This document shows positions 24,620 through 36,340 of a DNA stretch of 64,000 nt, piece after piece. The stretch is from the human T2T-CHM13v2.0 reference genome, Homo sapiens: the NCBI RefSeq assembly GCF_009914755.1, contig NC_060939.1; one strand, written 5' to 3'. Made by a program: the position numbers and the translations under genes. Position 1 is the first letter of the stretch; each line of letters opens with the position of its first letter. The notes below the pieces were generated by a model. The model ran no database searches, had not been told where the DNA came from, and was given only the letters and a program-made list of their open reading frames with translations.

Positions 24620-24990
24620 GATTCATGTGTTTGACAAATATTGAACACCTCCCCTTTGTCAGGCTCCTCCCCTTCATCAGGCAGTGGAGATATGATGGTG
24701 CACCTGGAACCTGTAGTATAGTAGGACAACTTCTGATAATGATAGGTGCTGCGGAGGATAGAAAACAAAATAATGAGTGGGGAGTGGTAGAGCAGAGGTG
24801 TCTCTCTGAAGGGACGACGTATGAGCTGAGACCTGAATGATGAATAAAATAGTTGCTGGCCACACAGAAGTCTGTGAGTTGTGTATTCCAGGCAGTGACC
24901 ACACAGCTACCAAGGCTGTCAGGCCATGGAAGGAGATCTAGATTTTATTCCAGTCTTAGGAGAAGCATTGGAAGGTTTAAGGAAAATGGA
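24620..24990 (-). mobile_element. L2 fragment
   Basis: TGACAAATATTGAACACC...TGAGCTGAGACCTGAATGATGA...GCATTGGAAGGTTT. Confidence 0.7.
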
Positions 24991-26057
24991 CTAAAGCTAG
25001 ATTTGGAGCATGAACTTCCTGTAACATTCTCTACCTCCCAAGAACTTGGGATTCAACTGGAGAGGCAAATCTAGATTTAGCTAGCTAAATCCATTTTTTG
25101 CTAAGAAAAACTCAGCCCCTGTTAGAAACAGAATGTTTTGAACATTGTGATGGTCAGGGAATCACTGAGTCTACCATATCTCTCCACTGTGAAAACATTC
25201 TGGGATTCACATATACACCCAGTTTTACTCGCAAATAATGGAGTCAAATACTATGTAGTTGGAATTATAGAGAGTCATTCTGGTTTTTCAAACAGTTGGT
25301 AACTTCCCAGCTGCAAATAATGGATTTTTGTGAAAGATCTTTTGGCAATGACTTCACATGTTTTCGTTAGCTAATTCAAGTAGTCATCACACTTCCCTGA
25401 GCATGTTGAAAGCTTTGAATACCATAATTACCTACTCATTTCAATTACTAGTGCTTCAACAATCAACTACCATGGTAAGGACTTCCAGGGAATGTTAAAA
25501 AGAAGGAGCATATATCCAAAGTCCTTTAGGCAACTTGAAGATAGATGTGAATAAATGGGCAACCTGAAGCATGACATTTTATTGACAGCCATTTTGGGGA
25601 AATGTGTGAAATATGGCAATTCAATATTGAAAAATTACTTTGGAAAATTCTGAGGAAATGAGTCTTCATGGGTAACATGTGTAACACTTTTGGTTTTGGC
25701 CTTCCCCTGCTCATGAAGTACATACAGGATGCACTTATAATGCACTTATAATGTGTTTATCATGCATTGATCTTTCACTACGCAAGTGCAAGTATTTCTT
25801 AACAAGGGGGCCTACTGGGAATTTATTAATGAGCTGTATTCACATAAATATTCCAGAATTAGAGATGCTTAATAAATGTATCATAACTAATGACTTAACA
25901 AATTAAAAGTGACTTTCATGCTCATTTGAATATGGCACGATGGTTTGTGAACTAAGGAGTCAATCAAATGTAATTTTCTGGTCATTCCAATTACTACAGG
26001 TGGTGAATCTTATCAGCTCTATTCCATCTAGGTGGTGGTACCATAAGACAAATGAAG

Positions 26058-26302
26058 TAGAAGTGTAGACATCAGAATCAGAAAGAAATGGGATTAGACC
26101 CCTGTCTCTACCACTTTACTGTTGTGACCTTGGGCAATTACTTTATGTCACCAAGACTTCTTTCTCTTCTGTAATTTGGAGTTGATACTACCTATGTTGT
26201 AGGTTAGTTCTGAAGGTAAATTAGCTCAGATGTGTAAGAATGCTAAGCACACAGAGAGCTTGTCATATAGTAAATGCTCAGGAAAGAGAAGCAAGTATTA
26301 TA
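26058..26302 (+). mobile_element. MIR
   Basis: TGTGACCTTGGGCAATTACTT...CATATAGTAAATGCTCA. Confidence 0.8.
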
Positions 26303-28359
26303 TGATTTTTACTAACAGACAGCGAAGTACATTTTTCCTGTTAACAAAAATGTAAGTAGGTCCAAGTATCCTGGAGAGTCTGTGAAGTGAGGGTACCAAT
26401 AGTCTGTGAAGGTATCTACACTTGGGTAAATAGAACACAAGTGTATAAAGCTGGTTCTTATCGAAGTCTCAGGGGACTAGACTATCCCATTTTTTTTCAC
26501 CCTGCCAGAATGATTGCCATTAGAAAATCTATGTTGATCTTAACAATGAAGCAACTTACTTACAGTATTAAAAAAATGGCCAATCAAATAGCCATTGAAT
26601 GGATGCTTTGACTGCCACATATATGACGTCAAACCACTGGTTTGTCAATCTCTTTTATGGAACTGACTGATTTTTGTGGGTAGAATTGGCTGCCATCACA
26701 CAGATGTAACCATCAGCCTAGGTATGTATTTATATAAGAAATGTATATTTAAGCTTCTGCTAGAGGAAAAAATAAAGAGTTGTAGTAAAATGATAGTCAT
26801 TAAATTCACTCCAAAGGCTTATCAAATAACAGATGAGGCATTGATATTAAGGGAGAAAAAAAGAGAGGGATATGAATTAATAAGTAAAATAGGTCGCTAC
26901 GATGACAACTATCAGTCTATTGGATTTATATAGATTTTTGAATCCCATAAATCTGTTTACCAATTGTCGTTACTATAAAGAATTGAAAATATTAATCGAT
27001 TGGTAAGACTATTCTCTATGTTCACGATTTTCTTCTACAAAAAAAAGCAAACAAATTGACAGGTAATTTTTGTTAATTTTATTCAAGGTCGTATGTTTCT
27101 TTATCACTTTTATTTAATGTAGGAATAATGTGAAATAATTTTTGGAAATACAGCAGGCTTGCACCTATCTACAAAAATAAATTACTGCTTAAAGGGCCAG
27201 AAGACAAGGTGATATTATGAGTTTAATTTGCTCTGTTATGAAGGGAACTCAAGGGTACTGAGTTATGAAAAACAACGGTTATTTTGAGAAAAATGAAGTC
27301 AAACTGGGGATTTTAAACACTTTCTGATGTGTTTAGTATTGGATGTGATCTGCAGTTTGGGGTGGGGGTGGGAGGCTCCGTTGTTCCATTGTCCACTCTA
27401 TTCACTTTGGGGAAATGCTCTTTTCTCTGACTGTGTTCTGAACATGGACATTTCTCTAGATTGCTTTCTTGGAAATGGCAACAGAAAATGGTAGCAATAA
27501 TAGGTTTTAAGGTGCTTGGCAGTGAATCATGCCATTTTATAAATTCATCTCCTTACACTTTATTTCCTTGCTGTGAGATAATTTAGACGAATGTCAGCGA
27601 GGAAAAAAGAAAGTGATTGGTGATTCCACCTCACCCAATAAAGCAAATTCCTAATTTTCTGTCTTTTATCTTTCGCCATTCTTTTGTGCTCCTCTTTGGC
27701 CTTGTCAAAACATATCGTTCAGTTAGAGACTAAAAATATTTTCCCATCGATTGGGGTTATTGATTTTTTTTAATCTGTACTTTGGCTTGAAGAGCGCGGG
27801 TGAAGGGTGAAAGTTCACCAGCTTAGTCTGCCGTTTTATCTGGACAGCAAAAGAATGTATTGGCAGCAGATTTGATTTACCTTGTTGGTCAGTTGTAGGC
27901 ACTTCAGCCACTGAAGACAATCCTCCAGAATGTCCTGCTGCTGCTGTCTTTTTTTTTGTACCCAGGAGCTCTTCAAAGATTCCACCTTCCTATTGATTTT
28001 ATCTCTCTGTTTCCAAGGCAAGATTTTTTTTTTTTTTTTTCCCCAAAACAAGTTTTAGGAGAAGTTGCGATGCTTTCTGGACTCATGGTAAATAAAACAA
28101 GATTGCATGCTTCTGCTGGAGTTTGGCTCCTCTGCCTATTTGGCTGATGGTTTGGGAACATGTTTATACCCCCGGCCACAGCAGAATCTGATGTGACTAG
28201 ATCAAATTCACTGAGATCTTTTTGTCTCCCTTATCATAGCTGGTCAGACATACGTACTCAGGGCAGTTTTTGAGTCCTAATTTGAGTCCCCAAATGGCAC
28301 CTACAGCTTCCTAACAAGTGTTAGGCTTGTGAAAGGTGGCACCATAGCTATAGTCAGAG

Positions 28360-28625
28360 AGGAAGTACAGTGTCATGAGTGAGTGTATGGCTCTGAAGAC
28401 ATACTTTCCAGATAAGTATGAGTGGGTGACATACTTGCCAGCTGGGTGACCCTGGGCAAGTTGTTTAATGTTTTGTGCTTTAGTTTTCTTATCTATAAAA
28501 TGGGTATATAAAGTGTACCTTTTTCCTCAAGTGGTTGTAGAATCACATAAATAAATACATGTAGAAGTCCTACAATAGGGCCTTGCATACTAGAGGTTTT
28601 CAGTACATGTCAGCTATTGTTATGA
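28360..28625 (+). mobile_element. MIR
   Basis: GCTGGGTGACCCTGGGCAAGTT...TTCTTATCTATAAAATGGG...CAGCTATTGTTAT. Confidence 0.8.
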
Positions 28626-29029
28626 CTATAGACAAGGAAGCTGAAAATTGGAGGAGGGGATAGTTAAAAAACATAGAGATCACACAGAGGAAGAGAGAAC
28701 AAACTGACCCTCAATATTTGGCCTCCTGGTTGCTGCCACAGTTCTGACCACTTGGCCTCGGCCAGTTGGTTGGTTACTTCTTGTATTGGATGTGGAGGCT
28801 CCAGGGTGAAACCTGAGCCTGCTAATGGGTGAGGCTTCTGGACTCTCAACTCATTTCTACATTTTGGTCCCTTCAGTTTTGATGGCTAGACTTGGTCCTT
28901 ACTTCTAAGATCTGACTCTGAATATACTGGGTGATTCCTGGGACTAGGGCCATTATAGGAGGCAGGAGTCTCTCTGCTTTTCCCAGAGGACAGGCCTGTC
29001 TCAGAGAGGAGGCCCTGTGGGTACATAGA

Positions 29030-29135
29030 ACCACCTAAAGAGAATCCGATTTAGAAGTACTGGGCCTGAGTTTTTAACAAGCGTCTCAGGTGACTTGGAT
29101 GCAGGTGGCCTCAGTTTACACTTTGAGAAACACTG
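29030..29135 (+). mobile_element. MER5A1-like hAT-Charlie fragment
   Basis: TTTTAACAAGC...CAGGTGA...GATGCAGGTGG...ACACTTTGAGAAACACTG. Confidence 0.7.
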
Positions 29136-29137
29136 AT

Positions 29138-29312
29138 GCAGTAGAGAGAGCAGAGGCTCTCAATGTGACAGACTTGGGTTTCAATTTGCTTATCAGCTAT
29201 GTTTATGTGGGCAAGTCATTTAAGCTCCCTGAGCCTCAACTGTAAAATGGACTAATAAATTAACAATATAACTAATGTTCCTAGCACGATCCTTGACATC
29301 TAGTCTGTGCTC
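29138..29312 (+). mobile_element. MIR fragment
   Basis: CAGACTTGGGTT...GGGCAAGTCATTTAAGCTCCCTGAGCCTCA...TGTAAAATGG. Confidence 0.7.
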
Positions 29313-29900
29313 CCATCCTCTTCCCTGATTCTATTTGTCTTCTTGGAGTCCAGAGAATTTTACACTCTATTGGAATTAATTTGTCTTGACTCCTCCTTCC
29401 TCAGCTGTGCATGTTGTTGATTTCCTGTCTGAACTGCAGCTGCTCTTACCATACTCTTGTGAGCACTTTCCTGTTTAGATAAAATTGACCTTACTCCTAC
29501 AAGCCTTTGCTCTTTCTCTTTAGTTATCTTCCCTAAATGACATGTTGGTGGTATTCTCATATCTGGGTCAATTTTTGTGTGCAGTTTTGCAGAATAGAGT
29601 TCTTCGTCCCTTTCCTTGGACTGTAGAATTTTGGGTCTAGTAATGATGAAAACCATATCTCACTTCTGTCTCTAGGTGCAGCTAAGGGATCTCTTTTCTC
29701 AGCCCTTGTTTGTTTCCCAGTGTGGGCATTTTCTTGCCTGCTCTATCTACCTTTCTGTTACATATCTAGATGCTCTTGTGATCTGACGGATTGAGGACAA
29801 ATCAGCTAACCACCCTAAGTTAGTGGGTCTTTTAGCCTATAAGACATAACAGGTTCTATTTTATTTTATTTTTTACCATTACTATTTGGCTAGTTGGTAA

Positions 29901-30285
<385 letters not shown>

Positions 30286-30764
30286 AAGGCTATGTTTTAT
30301 ATGGAACTGAAGACATTGAGTTCAACTGATATCGAAACAGTTGTTTAGCTTGGTCTCTTTACTGAAACATACAATCAGGTGTGAGAGTAAGGAAATGCCA
30401 TATCAGCTGTTTAGTCAATTCAGTCCCAATGGTAGTTTTCTATAAACACAGTCTTTAGCTTTAATAGACCTAAAGACCTATTGGCAAAGAAAGAAAGAAG
30501 AATCCTGGCCTTCTAAGCAGATACCCATGTGGGAACACCACTAACATGTCAGCTGGGGAAGAAAATGAAAGACAACAAAGTAAAGGCTTCTAGGAATAAG
30601 GTCAATGTCACCAAAACAAACAAACTGTCAACTTCCAAAAACCTAATGGAAAACTAGAAAAATGTCCTGGAAATATGTTTACTATAAGGCATGGATAAAT
30701 GGATATGCTCTTAATTTATTATGAGATATATTAATATTAATATATTAGCAAGGGGGATAGTATT

Positions 30765-30926
30765 TTCAGTAGGGCATTGGATATAGGGATAACCCTAAAT
30801 CTGAGATGATTTCATCTTGAGATCTTTAAACAACTACACCTGCAATGATCCTATTTCCAAATAAGGTCACATTGTAAAGTTCTGGATGGATATGAATTTT
30901 GGGGAAACACTATTCAACTCATTATA
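30765..30926 (-). mobile_element. MLT1C-like MaLR LTR 5' fragment
   Basis: Reverse complement TATAATGAGTTGAATAGTG...AATGTGACCTTATTTGGAAATAGG. Confidence 0.8.
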
Positions 30927-31342
30927 GCACACATGGACAGTAGGCTTGATACAGCTCCAGAAAGTGATGAGAATTCAGAATCTGGGCAGTATGAGACTGT
31001 ATCTTCTTGATTCTGTCCATTCCATTGTGAGAGTCTTAGAAGCTGGAACTTATGTAAAGTGCCTTCATGGCAGGAACTCTGTAAATATTTTCGGAAAGAG
31101 TAAACTAGCAATGGCAGGTCAGGACCAATAGAAGGACCCTCAGGAGGAAGCCATTTTCAGAAGTCTCCACTTCAGTATCAACATATTAAAGAGGATGAGC
31201 TGATGAGCTGTGTCATTCAGCAGGGAGAGAACTGGCACAACTGGTCAAACTCATAATAAATTCTGCTAACTGGCAGTAGGTAGCAAGGACACCCAAAATG
31301 AATTAATTCAGTCACTGGATTTTAACCCTTTAAAAATAAGAT

Positions 31343-32595
31343 AAATTCCCTATTTAATAAATGGTGCTGGGAAAACTGGCTAGCCATATGTAGAAAACTG
31401 AAACTGGATCCCTTCCTTACACCTTATACAAAAATTAATTCAAGATGGATTAAAGACTTAAATGTTAGACCTAAAACCATAGAAACCCTAGAAGAAAACC
31501 TAGGCAATACCATTCAGGACATAGGCATGGGCAAGGACTTCATGTCTAAAACACCAAAAGCAATGGCAACACAAGCCAAAATAGACAAATGGGATCTAAT
31601 CAAACTAAAGAGCTTCTGCACAGCAAAAGAAACTACCATCAGAGTGAACAGGCAACCTATAGAATGGGAGAAAATTTTTGCAATCTACTCATCTTACAAA
31701 GGGCCAATATCCAGAATCTACAATGAACTCAAACAAATTTACAAGAAAAAAAAAACAACCCCGTCAACAAGTGGGTGAAGGATATGAACAGACACTTCTC
31801 AAAAGAAGACATTTATGCAGCCAAAAGACACATGAAGAAATGCTCATCATCACTGGCCATCAGAGAAATGCCAATCAAAACCACAATGAGATACCATCTC
31901 ACACCAGTTAGAATGGCGATCACTAAAAAGTCAGGAAACAACAGGTGCTGGAGAGGATGTGGAGAAATAGGAACACTTTTACACTGTTGGTGGGACTGTA
32001 AACTAGTTCAACCATTGTGGAAGTCAGTGTGGCGATTCCTCAGGGATCTAGAACTAGAAATACCATTTGACCCAGCCATCCCATTACTGGGTATATACCC
32101 AAAGGATTATAAATCATGCTGCTATAAAGACACATGCACACGTATGTTTATTGTGGCACTATTCACAATAGCAAAGACTTGGAACCAACCCAAACGTGCA
32201 ACAATGATAAACTGGATTAAGAAAATGTGGCACATATACACCATGGAATACTATGCAGCCATAAAAAATGATGAGTTCATGTCCTTTGTAGGGACATGGA
32301 TGAAGCTGGAAACCATCATTCTCAGCAAACTGTCGGAAGGACAAAAAACCAAACACCGCATGTTCTCACTCATAGGTGGGAATTGAACAATGAGAACACA
32401 TGGACACAGGAAGGGGAACATCACACACCAGGGCCTGTTGTGGGGTAGGGGGAGGGGGGAGGGATAGCATTAGGAGATATACCTAATGTTAATCATGAGT
32501 TAATGGGTGCAGCACACCAACATGGCACATGTATACATTTGTAACAAAACTGCATGTTGTGCACATGTACCCTAAATCTTAAAGTATAATAAAAA
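31343..32595 (+). mobile_element. L1PA3/PA4 LINE-1, 5'-truncated, about 1.25 kb
   Basis: ORF 31775-32386 is the ORF2p C-terminus (HCWWDCK...[10 protein letters not shown]); G-rich 3' UTR; TSD AAAAATAAGAT at a TTT/AAAA site. Confidence 0.97.
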
Positions 32596-33103
32596 AAAAA
32601 TAAGATCGATTCACCCACGCTGCATGGTTTAAAGACTATAGTCACAAGGTGACAAATAGTCACATAAAGACAGAAGCATTCAGTTCATTTGGGTATGGAC
32701 CCTCTTACCAGTCTCAGAAAATTGACCTATTTTATTGCATTCTTTTTACAACCAATTTCAGCTGGCTGAATTGAGTATAGTTTTCATTCTGACTTGACTT
32801 CTAGCCCATTAAGACAGCCAATCCAATTAGGCTTTCTCCTGCTTTGCCTTCTGACAGAGCATCTGATTGGCTCACAGCTCTTGCTAAGTGACAGGCCTTC
32901 CACAACTGTGGGTTATCTTTCTTAAAGAGATCTTATCTCCTGTTCTCTCTTTAAAGTGCCTACACTTTTTTTTTCTGGTTATGTTTTGGCTTGCATTTTA
33001 GGGTGTTTCTCTTTCAAATCCTTGAGTTTGGATGCTTGAGTTTAGGACCTGGGCTGCTGGGTTGTTAGGGTGGATATTTCAACACAGTCTTTAGGTTACT
33101 AAC

Positions 33104-33282
33104 TGTGGTAGGCTGGATAACGGTCTCCCACAAGATATACCCATCCTGATCCCTGGAGCCTGTGAATGTTAACTTACATGGCAGAAAACGACTTTGCAGG
33201 TGTGATAACCTAAGGATCTTGAGATGGGGAGATAATCCAGGAGGGCTCTAGATGCAGTCACATGCATTCTCATAAGAGGGAG

Positions 33283-33332
<50 letters not shown>

Positions 33333-33616
33333 AAGAAAGCCACGTAAAGGAAGCAGAGGGAAGAAGAATCAGAGAAAGAAGATGCTAGGCCACTGGCTTT
33401 AAAGACAGAGGAAGGGGTTGGAGCCAAGGTAGGTAGCTCTAGATGCTGGAAAAGGCAGGAAAACAGATTCTCCCCAAGAGCCTCTGGAGGAAGCGCAGGG
33501 CTGCTGATACCTTGGTTTCAGCCCAGTGCTTATGGCGTCCAGAACTGTGAGAGAATAAATTCTAGTGCATTAAATTTATGGTGATTCATTACAGCAGTCA
33601 CAGGGAACAAAAAGAC
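33104..33616 (+). mobile_element. MLT1D MaLR solo LTR
   Basis: TGTGGTAGGCTG...ATCCCTGGAGCCTGTGAATGTTA...GGATCTTGAGATGGGG...CCAGAACTGTGAGAGAATAAA. Confidence 0.88.
33286..33331. repeat. (AC)23 microsatellite inside MLT1D
   Basis: Direct reading. Confidence 0.97.
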
Positions 33617-33997
33617 AACCAAGACCATTCCTTCCAGGACTAAATCCCTGGTTCTGAGAAATGGACTGTGCGGTGGATTGGCCCCAGCCATGATATTCTC
33701 CAAGTATTTGCCTACACTTGTGTTTTCAAGGATAATTTTATGTGATTTGTTCTGCTTTCAAACTTCCCCTAAGATATTGTCTAAAAATATTTGATGACAT
33801 TTGAAGTATTAGAGTGAGAGATTTTATAAAAGCACCTATGGAGCAATCCAGTTTCTTTAATCTATTACAACTTTTTATATCAAGGTCACCCAATTCTAAG
33901 ATTTTTATTGACCCTCATTTTCATTTAGCTATATGGACACTTAGCACATTTCTTACTTGCCCCTCCCTGAAATTCTCTTCTCACTTGGAACTTGGGT

Positions 33998-34312
33998 AGC
34001 CAATGGGGTGGTCCCAGACTGAAGGCTGGAAGGCTCAAGACTCTGAAAGGGCTAGTTTCAACTTGAGTCCCAAGGCAGGATGTTTTGAGGTCCCAGCTCG
34101 AGGAAGTCAGGCAGGAGGAGTTTCATTCTACTTGTGGAAGGGTCATCCTTTTTGTTCTATTCAGGAATTCAACTGATTGGATGAGGCTCACCCACAGTGG
34201 GGAGAGGAATCTGCTTTACTCAGTCCACCAATTCAAATGCTGATCACCTAAAACACACACACCTACCCCCACCCCACACACACCCAGAATAATGTTTGAC
34301 TAAATATCTGGA
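33998..34312 (-). mobile_element. MLT2C/D (ERVL) LTR fragment
   Basis: TTCAACTGATTGGATGAGGC...AATCTGCTTTACTCAGTC...ACACCCAGAATAATGTTTGAC. Confidence 0.85.
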
Positions 34313-34609
34313 CCATATTAAAATCAAATGTCTCAAAATTGTACCAAACTTCCAACACTTAAATGTGCATAATTCTAGCAGTGGTGTTTTCATTGTTCCA
34401 TGTAAAACTGTGAAGATGTCATTGAATCTGCACCTATTTCTTTTCCTTTTCATAGTTAAAAACCAACTTCTCTTGATTCTTCTTTACAAGTCTCTCTCGC
34501 AGCATGCCTGTCCTCCTTGCCTTCCTTTTCATTTCTCCTGCCTGTAGAGTAATCCCAGCCCACAGAACCTAACTATTGTTGCCGCTACCCATCAGATTTC
34601 ATTTAATAA

Positions 34610-34840
34610 ACACTTGCTCTGTGCTAGGTTCTGTACTAAGCACTTTATATATATTATCTCATTTATTTGCTCCCAAAATCCCTTAAAACAGGTATTAGTA
34701 TCCCGTATTTTGCAGATGAAAAGCAGGTTTGGAGTGGTTAAGTGATCCGTGCAAGGTTTCCTAGCTGGTAAGTAGCAGTGTGAGGATTAAAACCCAGGCC
34801 TATCTGAATCTCCAGCATGCCAAACCCTTTTATACTGCCC
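34610..34840 (-). mobile_element. MIR
   Basis: TACTAAGCACTTTAT...TTTTGCAGATGAAAAG...GTTAAGTGA...AAACCCAGG. Confidence 0.8.
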
Positions 34841-34889
34841 CCCATGAACTTCATAAAGTTTCTTCCTACTCACGTTTCACGTGGAGTCA

Positions 34890-35345
34890 TTCCCAGTTCC
34901 AATCATTTCTATAATCACTGACAGTAAAATCTGGACACATGGCATTTGTTAGTTTCTTTCTCTTCTTAAAAACTTTCAGTACTTCCCTATTGCACAGAGA
35001 AATTCATTCCACTGAAGGCTTCCTTAGAGACTTATCTCCTCACCCCTTCCTTCTTCAGTACTTAACCCCACTGAACTTAATCGATTTTTTTGTACATCCA
35101 TTCCTTCGCTTACTCTTCCTTCCATCTGGTGCAGGTTTCCCTGTCTACTCCAGTGGATACACTTTAATGCATCCTTCCACATCCAGTTCATATATCTTCA
35201 ACATGGAAAAATACTCCAGGACCTCCACACTTTCTTTTCCCCAATCACAGAACTAAACCTTGGTCCCATAACTTTGGTGAGCATGTAACTTACTTTATTA
35301 AAGTTATTTAGTTATCATCCTGTCTTCCCTGTTAGATTATATTTT
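34890..35345 (+). mobile_element. L2 fragment
   Basis: CTTAAAAACTTTCAGTACTTCCCTATTGCACAGA...CTGTCTTCCCTGTTAGATT. Confidence 0.55.
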
Positions 35346-35389
35346 TTATTCTGATTATTGACAAGCGGAATTTGACAAGGACAGCAGTA

Positions 35390-35763
35390 GTATCCTGCTC
35401 ATCCCCAAATTGCATCTCCAGATCTCCTCCTCACTCCTTGAGGACTAAATCAATCATTTCTCCCATTGCTAGGGTGTTTGCCTCTAGCTGAAGACAGCAG
35501 CTTACATTTAGTGACTGGTTGGTGTGGGAATACAAAGGTCTGGCATCGCGCTTCAATATGGGCAACTCTGAAGGACCATCCTAGCTCCGGAGCTCCCTTT
35601 GAGATTCATTGAGTCCTTTGTTGTCACCGGAGCACCTTCTTTTCTGCCCAGCCATGCTCCCTTCCCTCCTCCACAGGTGTTGATCTAGACAGCACTTCGA
35701 ATACACGTTCTGAACACAAATCTTCACTTTATGCTTATCTTCCAGAGAACCTGACCTGCGACA
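35390..35763 (+). mobile_element. LTR16C-like (ERVL) solo LTR
   Basis: CAACTCTGAAGGACCATCCTAGCTCC...CCACAGGTGTTGATC...AACCTGACCTGCGACA. Confidence 0.85.
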
Positions 35764-35849
35764 GAGAGCTCCGTGCCTGGCTGCCAGCAGTATCTGAGCT
35801 GATTGGCAGAAGGAGGCTGGGGTTTGCTGTTCAGGGTGTAGAATTTTTC

Positions 35850-36340
35850 TTGTTCTCCTCTGCTTTCACTACAGCACTCTTGCTCACTTCTGCATTAAAA
35901 GTTTAGATTTTCTTTGGTCTATTTTTCCATAGAGTAAACCTCTTGGGGGAATAAAAGAGGGCTGGTTGCTTGTCTGCTTCGGAGGGAGCCAGGGAATCTG
36001 AATACCTCTTATACTGTCATTCATCCACTTGTCCTGTTTTCAGTTCTTACTCCGCTTTCTTCCATGACACTAGGAGTTTCTAATTCCCGGGCCTTTCCAA
36101 GATGCTCTTGGTGGAACTGGCTTAGTTCTTATTCTTCTCTCTTGGTATTTAGCCATCAAATTATCTCTGTTAATTTTTCCAACTTTCCAACTTCCAAAAA
36201 TTTTTGCTGTCTCCCACTTGCCATTGTCTTCTTCCCGTTTTCTTTACACTTGAAAGTTTGTAATTCTTTTACTCTCCTTTTGGTGGAATTTCTGGAGGAA
36301 CCAAAGTTGAGCACAGGTGTATAATGTACCATATTCCTGT
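35850..36340 (-). mobile_element. Old L1M 5'-end fragment
   Basis: TTTCCAACTTCCAAAAATTTTTGCTG...TTTTGGTGGAATTTCTGGAGG...CAGGTGTATAATGTACCATATT resembles antisense L1ME/MC 5' termini. Confidence 0.55.

Noticed and set aside
25729-25753. 11-bp tandem duplication ATGCACTTATA
   Set aside because: Ordinary slippage product with no further context
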